The notes: generated from the letters alone by a model not told the origin. 43,944 bases of DNA from Candidatus Moraniibacteriota bacterium (GCA_049297495.1 JBAQUL010000007.1:1-43944), one strand, 5' to 3'. Shown: positions 9,486 to 19,718, numbered from the stretch's first letter. Numbers and translations are program-made.

Positions 9486-10253
9486 TTATCGTTGAAATAT
9501 TTCCAAAATTGAATCGTGCAAATCTTTATTAGTTGCAATTATTGATGTTGTATCGTTGGTAATCTTGTTGCCTTGGATATCTGTTACCTTACCACCAGAT
9601 TCCTCTACTATGATTTTTAAAGCAGCAAAATCCCATATTTTAGTTTCGGCTTCAATCATGATATCGATTTTACCTTGAGCAAGCAAATGATAGCACCAAA
9701 AATCACCAATGCCTCGATGTCCACTGGTGCTTTTGGAAAGTTCCAGGAGAGAACCTAGATAATCATGTTTTTTGAAATATTTGATACCGCCGAAGCAACA
9801 ATAGGAGTCACGCAAGTTTTGAATATTTGAAACATGAATTTTTTCTGTCTGAAAAAATGCTCCTTTACCTTTTTCGGCAAAAAGCATTTCATGCATTGCC
9901 GGCGCGTTGGAAATACCTAGAATTATTTCGCCATCTTCCAATAGAGCGATTTGCGTTGCAAAAAGGGGAATTTTTCTAGTATAATTTTTTGTGCCATCAA
10001 TTGGATCAATAATCCATTGATATTTCGAAGTTGTGTTGTCATTTCCAGATTCTTCGCCAAGAAAAGAATGATCGGGGAAGGAATTTTTGATTGTTTCGAT
10101 AATAATTTTTTCAGCCTCGGTATCTGCGAGAGTAACAGGTGACTGGTCGGCCTTTTTTTGCCACTTCAAATCATCCGAATAATATTTCATAATAACCCTT
10201 TCCGCTTTTTTTGCCGCTTCGAGTGCGACAAGTAAAAAATTGCTTTTGTCCAT
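9486..10253 (-). CDS. Inositol monophosphatase family protein (SuhB/IMPase/FBPase-like)
   Basis: FLGEESG and WIIDPIDGTKNY motifs. Confidence 0.85.
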   Translation of the reverse strand: MDKSNFLLVALEAAKKAERVIMKYYSDDLKWQKKADQSPVTLADTEAEKIIIETIKNSFPDHSFLGEESGNDNTTSKYQWIIDPIDGTKNYTRKIPLFATQIALLEDGEIILGISNAPAMHEMLFAEKGKGAFFQTEKIHVSNIQNLRDSYCCFGGIKYFKKHDYLGSLLELSKSTSGHRGIGDFWCYHLLAQGKIDIMIEAETKIWDFAALKIIVEESGGKVTDIQGNKITNDTTSIIATNKDLHDSILEIFQR

Positions 10254-10419
10254 TAAGATACAATTTTTAACTTTAAAAATTTCACTTAACGCTATAATAG
10301 CATAAAATTGACTAATTTAGAATAAACTGGCGCCAATCGGGGGAAAATAGGGATTTAAAGACAGCTTTAGGAGTATATGATATTATATGGGTATAAGCAT
10401 AAGTTAATTATTTATCTCT

Positions 10420-11634
10420 ATGAAAAAAAAAGAAACTAATGATATTTTTCTTGTTATTCCAAAGCTGATTGAGCAGTCTACTTGGGGTGGGGACTATATC
10501 TTGGATTTTAAAAATTGGCAAAAGAAATCACCATTTGATTCTCTCAAAATTGGCCAATCCTATGAACTTTTTTCGGGTACAAAATTACGAACAGATATTC
10601 GTTCTTCCAAGGAGGATTCTTTTACTGGTGAACTTGGTTATGCTATGGAGCCGGACAAAATTATCTACGCAGGAGATAAGAAGAAAGCAATTTCTCTTTC
10701 AACGCTGATCAAAAAGAACCCCGCTGGAGTGTTGGGGAAAAAGGCCTTCGCGCGCTTTGGTTCGAAGATGAAAGTGCTCATTAAGTTTACTCAGGCCAAG
10801 GGAAATTCTTTTCAGCTGCATGTAAGGGAAAAAGATGAGACAAAACGTTGGCAATTTAAGCCGGAGAGTTGGTATTATTTTGAAAAAGGCTTAATTACTT
10901 TGGGGGCTAAAAAAAATATTGATTGGGGAAAGTATGAACAGTGCGTGAAAGGAGTGGCCCTTGAAATGAATGAGCTCAGCGCTCGTGTTGCTAAAAAGGA
11001 GCTAACAACAGATGTCGCTAAGAAAATGGCCAAAACGATTGTGGAAGAATATAATCCATGGCAATTTGTTAATTTGGTTAGAGTGAAAAAGGAAGGACTG
11101 ATTGATTTGAGCTCTGGCGGGCTGCATCATTCCTGGGAGGAAAATGAGAAAGAATATCCCTCGGGTAATGTTGTCTATGAACTCTGTATGGATGTGATGG
11201 ACCCAGTTTCCTCTATTAGAAGTTTTGATAAGGGAAAAATGAAAAGTGACGGGAGTCTTCGCGCCGTACACATTCAAAAGTATTTTTCTAGCATTGATCG
11301 GACAGTTCGTGCTAATGATCCGAAAAATAGTTTGAAAAAGGCCAAAACTATTTTTTCTGACTCTGGTATGAAAGTTGAAGCACTTTTGCGAACTAAGTAT
11401 TATAGTCTAGATCGATTGATTATTTCTAGGGAATACTCCGGGAAGTTTAGTAGGCTAACCGATTCATTCCATCATCTGTTTATGAAAGAAGGAGAGGCGC
11501 TGATTCGGACTGAGAAATCGGAAATACTTCTCTCCAGGGGGCACTCTTGTTTTATTCCCGCTTACGCAAAAAGCTATACTATTAAATCTTTGGGGCGAAA
11601 AAAAAGCGAAATTCTTAAGACTTTTGTGAACTAG
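10420..11634 (+). CDS. Type I phosphomannose isomerase-like cupin protein
   Basis: N-terminal PKLIEQSTWGGDYI and central SFQLHVRE...KPESWYYF resemble the KxWGG / HP..(E)CWY blocks of class I PMI. Longer than usual at 404 aa. Confidence 0.55.
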   Translation: MKKKETNDIFLVIPKLIEQSTWGGDYILDFKNWQKKSPFDSLKIGQSYELFSGTKLRTDIRSSKEDSFTGELGYAMEPDKIIYAGDKKKAISLSTLIKKNPAGVLGKKAFARFGSKMKVLIKFTQAKGNSFQLHVREKDETKRWQFKPESWYYFEKGLITLGAKKNIDWGKYEQCVKGVALEMNELSARVAKKELTTDVAKKMAKTIVEEYNPWQFVNLVRVKKEGLIDLSSGGLHHSWEENEKEYPSGNVVYELCMDVMDPVSSIRSFDKGKMKSDGSLRAVHIQKYFSSIDRTVRANDPKNSLKKAKTIFSDSGMKVEALLRTKYYSLDRLIISREYSGKFSRLTDSFHHLFMKEGEALIRTEKSEILLSRGHSCFIPAYAKSYTIKSLGRKKSEILKTFVN

Positions 11635-11643
11635 GCTCTGCAT

Positions 11644-11785
11644 TGTTATTCTGAGCGTAGCGCAGCGGAGTCGAAGAATCTACTATGGGTTATCGTAAAC
11701 TCTACTATATTGCAGAAAACTTGTGGTAGTGGATGGCAGATCCTTCGATTGCGTCCTGAGTACAGGACTCCGCTCAGGATGACAT
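11644..11785. repeat. Family-A MITE-like palindromic element, copy A1 (degenerate)
   Basis: Ends are tgttattctgagcgtagcgcagcggagtcgaagaatct and agatccttcgattgcgtcctgag..ctccgctcaggatgaca. It is homologous to 16229-16377 and 33804-33948. Confidence 0.75.
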
Positions 11786-11793
11786 GTTTATTT

Positions 11794-11820
11794 AAAAACC
11801 CGTCTTTAGGCGGGTTTTTA
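11794..11820. terminator. bidirectional terminator hairpin
   Basis: aaaaacccg-tctttagg-cgggttttt between convergent genes. Confidence 0.6.
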
Positions 11821-11832
11821 AAAACAATTGTT

Positions 11833-12441
11833 TTATCCGATAATTGGAAGTCCACCCAGATCTTCCTTTAGAATTTCTTTGTATAGCGGATTTCTCTTGA
11901 GTGCCGGCTTGCCTTCATGCTCGACGACGTAGTAGGCGAAACCGCGCATTTTTTTGACTGGTTCATAATCAGCGTGTCCGGGAAAACTGACGGGATTTTT
12001 TTCGTCAAAATTAACTGGACTGGTGTCAGCGGTAACGAAGTAGGTTTTGCCGGTGTTGACTAGGAGGTGGCCATAGCCTGGAGCCATGTAAATTTCATCT
12101 CCTACCTTTGTGACAATGGCTTTGAATTCTTCGACCGAATCAGCAATCATTTCTCCATTTTCGTCAACGGATAATTTTTGAAGTAGCGCGATACCTTCGC
12201 CAAAGAGGATATTGTAATTTTCATCCAATTGACCAACATGGTAATGGCCGTAGGTTTTGATGTATTCTCCGGAAATTGTACCCGGTTCCCAGACGGTGAT
12301 ATTTTTCTGTTCAATTCCGCCACGGATCATGTAATAGTGGATGGCAGGTCCAACGCCACTTGGGTCCATGAGGACATCTATCATTTTCTCGTGTTCACGC
12401 GCAGCGTAATGCTTGGGAACAAATTCAAAGTTGTTTTCCAT
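11833..12441 (-). CDS. Cupin-type glucose-6-phosphate isomerase-like protein (archaeal cPGI family)
   Basis: TYGHYHVGQLDENY...IYMAPGYGHLLVNTG resembles the cupin metal-binding blocks of cupin-type PGI. 202 aa. Confidence 0.5.
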   Translation of the reverse strand: MENNFEFVPKHYAAREHEKMIDVLMDPSGVGPAIHYYMIRGGIEQKNITVWEPGTISGEYIKTYGHYHVGQLDENYNILFGEGIALLQKLSVDENGEMIADSVEEFKAIVTKVGDEIYMAPGYGHLLVNTGKTYFVTADTSPVNFDEKNPVSFPGHADYEPVKKMRGFAYYVVEHEGKPALKRNPLYKEILKEDLGGLPIIG

Positions 12442-12532
12442 TTGTTTTAAATTTAATAATTACAAAAACTTATTTAATTTAAAAAAACGAGTAATGGGAA
12501 ACAGTTCGCTCATCAGTGCAGAACTATTTTTT

Positions 12533-12564
12533 ATTTGTACATTTGTAAAAATTCGTATTTTGTA
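12533..12564 (-). repeat. second copy of the 32-nt TACRAAT 3'-UTR element
   Basis: The minus strand reads tacaaaa tacgaat ttt tacaaat g tacaaat, beginning 10 nt after the SBP stop. Unit spacing is the same as at 2457-2488. Confidence 0.65.
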
Positions 12565-12573
12565 GGGAAATAA

Positions 12574-14076
12574 TTATTTCCAAACTCGCCTCGTATTGAT
12601 AAACCATTTTGAAATATTTGAGAAGCGTTCTGAGGGAGCGACAAGATTTGTTGCGTCGATACCTTGGACTTTTTTGTTGACTGGGTAGATGTATTCTGGC
12701 GAACAGAGAAAGATGGCTGGCATTTCTGTTACTAATTTTTTCTGAAAATCAGCATAGAAGTTCGCTCTTTTTTCTCGGTCAAACTCAACGCGGGCGTCTT
12801 CAACTAGCTTGTCAGTGTCACTATCACCAAAAAGAGCCAGGTTTAGTCCCGGGTCTTTTTTTTGTGCTGAATGCCAGAAGGAATAGAGATCTGGTTCAGC
12901 TCCCAAAACTTGTCCAAAGAGTAGGGCTTCATATTCTCTTGGGCGGATATAGTTTTGTTGAATGTCTGAAACGGAAAGACTATTGATGTTCACTTTGACG
13001 CCAATTTTTGCCCACTGGTCTTTAAGAACCTCTGCGCTTTTGGAGAATTCGTCCCAATCTGTTGTGGCCAGACTTATCTCTAGCAGCTTATCATTCTTTT
13101 TGCGAAATCCGTCATCAGACATTTTCCAACCAGCATCATCAAGCAGTTTTTTGGCTTTCTCGGAGTCGTAGTTAACTTTTCCTAAGTCAGGCGAATAGCC
13201 AATCATTCCCGGCAGGATTGGCGAATAAATTGGGGAGCCCTTTCCGTTAAGTACAATTTTTACTAACTCATCTCGGTCAGTGGCCAAGTTTAGCGCTTCT
13301 CTGACTTTATCCTCAGCTAGAGGCAAACTCTTGCTTTGATTTAAAAATACTGCGGAATATCTGGGAATAGAAAAAGAATGCAAAAGAGAGCTTTTTTGAT
13401 TTTTGATCTCGGCTATCTTCTGGGAAGAAATGGTTCCCATGCCCATAATCTCTTTGCGGTTATAAGCATCTAGAGCAGATTCCTCATCGGTGTAAAAGTT
13501 GAAAGTAATCTTGGAAAGATAGGGCTTTCCTTCGAAAAAATTTGGATTAGCAACAAGCTTATAGGAAAGAATGTTACCCTTGGAATCTTTTTGAAAAGCG
13601 TTATATTTGAAAGGGCCAGTACCAATTGGTTCGAGGTTCAGCTGGGCGAGGGGAAAATTATCCGGTTTTACATCATCCCAGATGTGTTGAGGGAGGATTC
13701 CAAAGGTGACGTTATTAAGAAAGCCAGCATAGGGACTGGTAACAAATTTAATTGTGAAATCATCTACTAGATTGGCGGTCACACCCTGCCAGTTAGAGCG
13801 CAGAGGGCTTTTGTAAAATGGATCAGTAATTAAGTTGAAGGTGAAGAGCACATCACGGGCGGAAAACGCTGCGCCATCATGCCAAGTGACATTTTTTTTC
13901 AGATGGAAGGTATAGGTGGTTTTATCCTCGCTAATTTCATAGCTTTCGGCAAGGTCGGGAATAAGTGCACTTTTTCCGTCATATTTAAGTAGTCCGTTGT
14001 AGATGATTTTAGTGATATCGGCGTCGACATCATTGGATGCGGACAGGAGTGGATTGATATGTTGTGGTTGTCCCAC
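12574..14076 (-). CDS. ABC-transporter substrate-binding protein, family 5 (peptide/nickel, OppA/DppA-like); 5' end unresolved
   Basis: 500-aa ORF from a GTG. WHDGAAFSARDVLFTF and the overall SBP_bac_5 layout. The in-frame upstream extension to 14289 encodes the expected signal anchor but has no ATG/GTG/TTG (see findings). Confidence 0.8.
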   Translation of the reverse strand: MGQPQHINPLLSASNDVDADITKIIYNGLLKYDGKSALIPDLAESYEISEDKTTYTFHLKKNVTWHDGAAFSARDVLFTFNLITDPFYKSPLRSNWQGVTANLVDDFTIKFVTSPYAGFLNNVTFGILPQHIWDDVKPDNFPLAQLNLEPIGTGPFKYNAFQKDSKGNILSYKLVANPNFFEGKPYLSKITFNFYTDEESALDAYNRKEIMGMGTISSQKIAEIKNQKSSLLHSFSIPRYSAVFLNQSKSLPLAEDKVREALNLATDRDELVKIVLNGKGSPIYSPILPGMIGYSPDLGKVNYDSEKAKKLLDDAGWKMSDDGFRKKNDKLLEISLATTDWDEFSKSAEVLKDQWAKIGVKVNINSLSVSDIQQNYIRPREYEALLFGQVLGAEPDLYSFWHSAQKKDPGLNLALFGDSDTDKLVEDARVEFDREKRANFYADFQKKLVTEMPAIFLCSPEYIYPVNKKVQGIDATNLVAPSERFSNISKWFINTRRVWK

Positions 14077-14284
14077 GCTACCTTCGATATACTCACTGCC
14101 ATAATTGGGCAGAGCAGCGGTGTGGGAATAATAGGAAGAAACTCCCCAGTAACCGAGAGAGGTAATAAAAAGTAAAACTAAAAAAGAGAGGAGGGTCTTT
14201 TCTTTAAAGCTGCTGACTCTATAGAGCTTGGAAATGCATTTCGGTGAGAGCCATTTACAATTTTCGGTTGGAATACTAATATTT

Positions 14285-14515
14285 TTAACTTAACTTGTTA
14301 GACAAAATCAAATTAATAATAGCTAGAATAATGAAGGTTGTTGAAAGAAAGATGGAAAAATAAACCAAAAATCTCTCAAATCCTCGTCTCGTATAATAAC
14401 CTTCAAATCCACCACCAAATGCTCCAGATAGTCCTGCGCCTCGATTTTGCAATAAAATAGCAATGATAAGCATGATAGCGATGACGATTTCAGCAATATT
14501 AATAATTTTTAACAT
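14285..14515 (-). CDS. secG: Preprotein translocase subunit SecG
   Basis: 76 aa with two TM helices and the characteristic LLQNRGAGLSGAFGGG loop. Confidence 0.85.
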   Translation of the reverse strand: MLKIINIAEIVIAIMLIIAILLQNRGAGLSGAFGGGFEGYYTRRGFERFLVYFSIFLSTTFIILAIINLILSNKLS

Positions 14516-14739
14516 TTTTTTGAGAATTTAATAAATTTTTATAAATTAACCCTTTTTTATTTTGCGCCTAATTTCAGCTCAATAACTCATTTGAGATTAG
14601 CATGCTGCTCAGCTTTCGTCAAGTGCAAAATGGCCATCTTAGGCCATTTTTAGGCTTAGAATAGCCAAAATAGCGTTGGTCAAAAACGCTCATCTTTCGT
14701 TTTTTCGGTTGGTGTGGTTTAATTAAAGGGCAGTTGTCT

Positions 14740-14983
14740 TGTCATCCCCGAGAAGTCGGGGATCCAGGCACCTCGGGTTAACAATAAAGAGAAAGTGAAT
14801 TATTAAAATTCAAGACTTACTGAAGCAGAGAGTTTGTCAGACTTACGGTTCGATTTTCCAGGGCTCATAACTAGTGGTACCTGGATTCCCTGCCTACCGG
14901 TGGCACGCCGCCAAAGGCTATGGCCGACGGAGCGCAGGCAGGCCGCCGGAGTTTATACTCGTGAAACGGGTGCGGGAATGACA
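14740..14983. repeat. Family-E GC-rich composite palindromic element
   Basis: Left end tgtcatccccgagaagtcggggatccagg, right end cctggattccc...gcgggaatgaca. The GC-rich interior stands out from an AT-rich intergenic region. Confidence 0.6.
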
Positions 14984-15056
14984 CGAATTTTAGTTTTTTG
15001 TATATCACAAAAGATAGCACAATGAAGATAATAATTAATAAAATTAAAACAACAAT

Positions 15057-16097
15057 ATGAAAATAGTTATCTCAGCTGGAGGAGTTGGCACGAGAATGTG
15101 GCCGTTGTCGCGAGAAAATTCGCCCAAACAATTCGATAAAATTTTTAACGGAAAATCGACATTGCAACTAGCCTATGATCGAGTGGCTCCGGCTTTTGGA
15201 GCAAAAAATATTTTCATCCAAACCATGCCGGCCTATCAGAAAATGATTCGCAAGCAACTTCCGGGACTGCCAAAGGCGAATATTTTTCTCGAACCGGCCA
15301 GGAGGGACAATGGTCCGGCAGTTTGCTTTGCCGTTAATCAGCTAGTCAAATTGGGGCACAGTGGTCCAATGGCAATTGTCTGGGCGGATCACTTGATGGA
15401 TCGGATTTCTGAGTTTAGGAAAGCTTTGAAAGCAGGTGAAAAACTAATTGAAAAGGAGGCCGATCGCTTTGTGTTCATCGCGGAGCGTCCTCGCTTTGCT
15501 AATAATAATTTGGGTTGGATGAAAGTGGGGGACCAAAAAGGCGAGATTGGTAAACGGGATTATTTCGGTTTTGAGGGCTGGAAGTATAAACCGGAAAAGG
15601 CGCTTTGTGATCAGATGTTTAAATCAGGAGAATATTATTGGAACCCAGGCTACTTTATCACTTCAGTGGAATTTCTGCATAATTGCTACAAGAAACTGGC
15701 ACCGGAAATTTTCAAATGCGTAACGAAGGGAAAATATGAGGATTGTCCTAAGCTGTCTTTTGATAATGCCATTATTGAAAAAGTTGACCTAACGAGCGCC
15801 GTGATTCTCAAGACCAATATGGGCTGGAGCGATCCGGGCACGCTCTATGCCTTGAAAGAAGCCTTGGAAAAAAGCAGTGATTGCAATGTGACAAAAGGCA
15901 ATGTGGTTGATTTTGAAACGAAAGATAGTCTTGTCTATAACTTTGAGCCAGGAAAAGTAGTGACAACAGTCGGTCTCAAAGGCATGGTAGTCGTGAATAC
16001 CAAAGACGCTATTGTTGTCGTGCATAAAGATGATGTAGTGAGGATTTCTAGTTTGGTGAAAGAAATGAAGGTGAGGGGGTTGGAGAAATACCTATAA
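15057..16097 (+). CDS. manC: Mannose-1-phosphate guanylyltransferase (NTP-transferase only, no PMI domain)
   Basis: MKIVISAGGVGTRMWPLSRENSPKQF, the G-x-G-T-R-x-x-P-L-S signature of sugar-1-P nucleotidyltransferases of the ManC type. Confidence 0.8.
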   Translation: MKIVISAGGVGTRMWPLSRENSPKQFDKIFNGKSTLQLAYDRVAPAFGAKNIFIQTMPAYQKMIRKQLPGLPKANIFLEPARRDNGPAVCFAVNQLVKLGHSGPMAIVWADHLMDRISEFRKALKAGEKLIEKEADRFVFIAERPRFANNNLGWMKVGDQKGEIGKRDYFGFEGWKYKPEKALCDQMFKSGEYYWNPGYFITSVEFLHNCYKKLAPEIFKCVTKGKYEDCPKLSFDNAIIEKVDLTSAVILKTNMGWSDPGTLYALKEALEKSSDCNVTKGNVVDFETKDSLVYNFEPGKVVTTVGLKGMVVVNTKDAIVVVHKDDVVRISSLVKEMKVRGLEKYL

Positions 16098-16100
16098 ATA

Positions 16101-16135
16101 AAATTTCCAAGCCCTAATTTCCAATGTCAAAATTA
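16101..16135. repeat. Family-D (AATTTCC-type) element, intergenic copy
   Basis: aaatttccaagccctaatttccaatgtcaaaatt shares the 17-mer aatttccaatgtcaaaa with the in-frame element in uvrB (18869-18885). Confidence 0.65.
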
Positions 16136-16145
16136 AAGAAAGTGC

Positions 16146-16195
16146 CTCCTCTCCCTCCGGGAGAGGATGTCACGAGCACGTGACAGGTGAGGGTT
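16146..16195. repeat. Family-B GC-rich double-hairpin element, half copy B1
   Basis: ctcctctccctccgggagaggatgtcacgagcacgtgacaggtgaggg is nearly identical to 39440-39488. Confidence 0.75.
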
Positions 16196-16228
16196 TTCTC
16201 TAATTCAGAGAAAATTGTAAAAAGCTCT

Positions 16229-16377
16229 TGTCATCCTGAGCGGAATAAATTTTCGATAGAAAATTTATTCAGTCGAAGGATCTGCTAGCTGTTATCGTTG
16301 GCCTAATGATTTATAATAAAACCTAGGATTACCGTAAGCAGATCCTTCGACTCCGCTACGCTACGCTCAGGATGACA
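16229..16377. repeat. Family-A MITE-like palindromic element, copy A2
   Basis: Terminal inverted repeats are tgtcatcctgagcgg...gtcgaaggatct and agatccttcgactccgctacgctacgctcaggatgaca. About 80% identical to copy A3. Confidence 0.8.
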
Positions 16378-16392
16378 GTTATTTTTTCCAAG

Positions 16393-16445
16393 CCAAAGTA
16401 AAAAACCAGCATCTCTCCGAATCCGCGAGGGGATTTTGGAAAAAT
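16393..16445. repeat. Family-C repeat, copy C1
   Basis: ccaaagtaaaaaaccagcatctctccgaatccgcgaggggattttggaaaaat; 51/53 identical to 16888-16940. Confidence 0.75.
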
Positions 16446-16491
16446 AAAAAAGCTGTCGATATGAATGGTGTGATTTCTCATATCAACAGCT
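16441..16491 (-). terminator. rho-independent terminator of the 16522-16755 gene
   Basis: 14-bp arms agctgtcgatatga / tcatatcaacagct, followed on the minus strand by tttttatttt. Confidence 0.6.
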
Positions 16492-16521
16492 GTGTGTCGT
16501 CGACCTTCTCCATTGAGTCGG

Positions 16522-16755
16522 TCAGGACAGGGTTTTAATTTTGGCCTCGAGCTCTCCTTTTGTGAAGTATGGGCCGTCAGCGATAATATCCCCTATGAAA
16601 CTCCCGCCCTTGTCGTGTACGCTGAATTGTTGGTTAGAGCTTCTGCTTGGATTCTTTGGGTCATCGAGAAAAATGCGCAGGTCGGTTTCAATCTTTTGAA
16701 GTTGCACTATTGTCAACTTCGCGATTTCCGGTTTTTTTGTTGTGTTTTTTGTCAA
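16522..16755 (-). CDS. hypothetical protein (77 aa), TTG start
   Basis: ORF with an AAGGA-like SD about 9 nt upstream and its own terminator. No recognisable motif. Confidence 0.45.
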   Translation of the reverse strand: MTKNTTKKPEIAKLTIVQLQKIETDLRIFLDDPKNPSRSSNQQFSVHDKGGSFIGDIIADGPYFTKGELEAKIKTLS

Positions 16756-16851
16756 AGTTTTTTTCCTTTTTTGAGTGAATAGTGGGTGCAGTCCATTATT
16801 GGATAATTCAAATTTTAAAGAATATCTGATACTATCAAAATATAATCACTT

Positions 16852-16879
16852 TGTCAATGCCTGAGCGCTCAGAGTGATA
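16852..16879. repeat. collapsed family-A termini (ends joined, interior missing)
   Basis: tgtcaatgcctgagcgctcagagtgata looks like the two family-A ends (tgtcatcctgagcg / cgctcaggatgaca) abutted. It contains the perfect 12-bp palindrome ctgagcgctcag. Confidence 0.5.
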
Positions 16880-16887
16880 TTTTTTAA

Positions 16888-16954
16888 CCAAAGTAAAAAG
16901 CCAGCATCTCTCCGAATCCGCGCGGGGATTTTGGAAAAATGCTGGCTTACTTTT
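16888..16954 (-). terminator. Family-C repeat copy C2, forming the terminator hairpin of the 16968-17471 gene
   Basis: aaagtaaaaagccagcat...atgctggcttacttt encloses the C repeat. On the minus strand the stem is followed by a T-run. Confidence 0.6.
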
Positions 16955-16967
16955 GAGACCAAGGAAA

Positions 16968-17471
16968 TCACTTATTATGCATGGCGATGGCTGCATCGTA
17001 CCAGTAGCCAGACATGGCGATGAAAAGATTCCTCTGGTCTTCATCTTTGAATTTTGATCTATCAATTGCTGTTAGAAAATGATGTGGGTTGAAGTGGAAG
17101 AGACGGAGCGCATTAATAGCATCAACTGCTCCAGGTTTTTTTAACGAGGACGGTCCGAAAGTATTGGCTGCCTCAATGAAAATCCAATTATGCACGATGG
17201 AACCTTTTAGTGCAAAATTGATTCTATTCACAATTACCTGAGTACTCACCCAGCAGAGATAGCCGATAATAGTCATATCAAGTTTTCTTTTTTTGACTTC
17301 ATCGCGGATGGCTTGAATTTCTTTTTTGGATATTTTAACATCCTTGGCAGAAACGTTTTCCAGCAAGGGTACTTTACTGATGTCCATGATTTGAAGTCCA
17401 AAAACCTGCCTAGCATCCTCTATCGATAATGGATGCTCTACCTTTTTCTCGGGTTTCTTAAAAAATAACAT
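16968..17471 (-). CDS. hypothetical protein (167 aa)
   Basis: ATG start preceded by an AAGGAG SD at 7 nt. No recognisable motif. Confidence 0.65.
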   Translation of the reverse strand: MLFFKKPEKKVEHPLSIEDARQVFGLQIMDISKVPLLENVSAKDVKISKKEIQAIRDEVKKRKLDMTIIGYLCWVSTQVIVNRINFALKGSIVHNWIFIEAANTFGPSSLKKPGAVDAINALRLFHFNPHHFLTAIDRSKFKDEDQRNLFIAMSGYWYDAAIAMHNK

Positions 17472-17529
17472 GACACTTCTCCTTATCTATGAGGTTATGA
17501 TACTATATTGGTAGATATCATTAGTTGCA

Positions 17530-17557
17530 TTGACTTGTTCAAAGAACTCGATATACT
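17530..17557 (+). promoter_or_regulatory. candidate uvrB promoter (TTGACT, 16 nt spacer, TATACT) with an 11-bp palindrome in the spacer
   Basis: TTGACT at 17530-17535 and TATACT at 17552-17557. GTTCAAAGAAC (17537-17547) is a perfect palindrome between them. Confidence 0.45.
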
Positions 17558-17581
17558 AGCACAATTTAACCTTTTTGTCAA

Positions 17582-19666
<2,085 letters not shown>

Positions 19667-19718
19667 AATTTTTGATTTTAATCATGGTATAATCAAGGCG
19701 AGGATGTATAATAGTTAG

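Noticed and set aside
9467-9538. N-terminal extension of the phosphomannomutase ORF, and similarly 23648-23719, 24232-24264, 24599-24688, 2909-2929 and 22951-22962
   Set aside because: The extensions overlap upstream genes or precede a better-placed ATG at the conserved N-terminus. They are treated as ORF-caller artefacts.
14846-14862. ggttcgatttt string, considered as a tRNA T-arm
   Set aside because: There is no complementary T-stem, no acceptor or anticodon arms in the flanks, and it lies inside the family-E element.
14834-15025. 63-aa ORF inside the family-E repeat, and the 69-aa ORF at 11646-11855 inside family-A copy A1
   Set aside because: These are translations of GC-rich palindromic repeat DNA (RFFDSAALRSE-type peptides). 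They have no SD and lie in intergenic repeat context.
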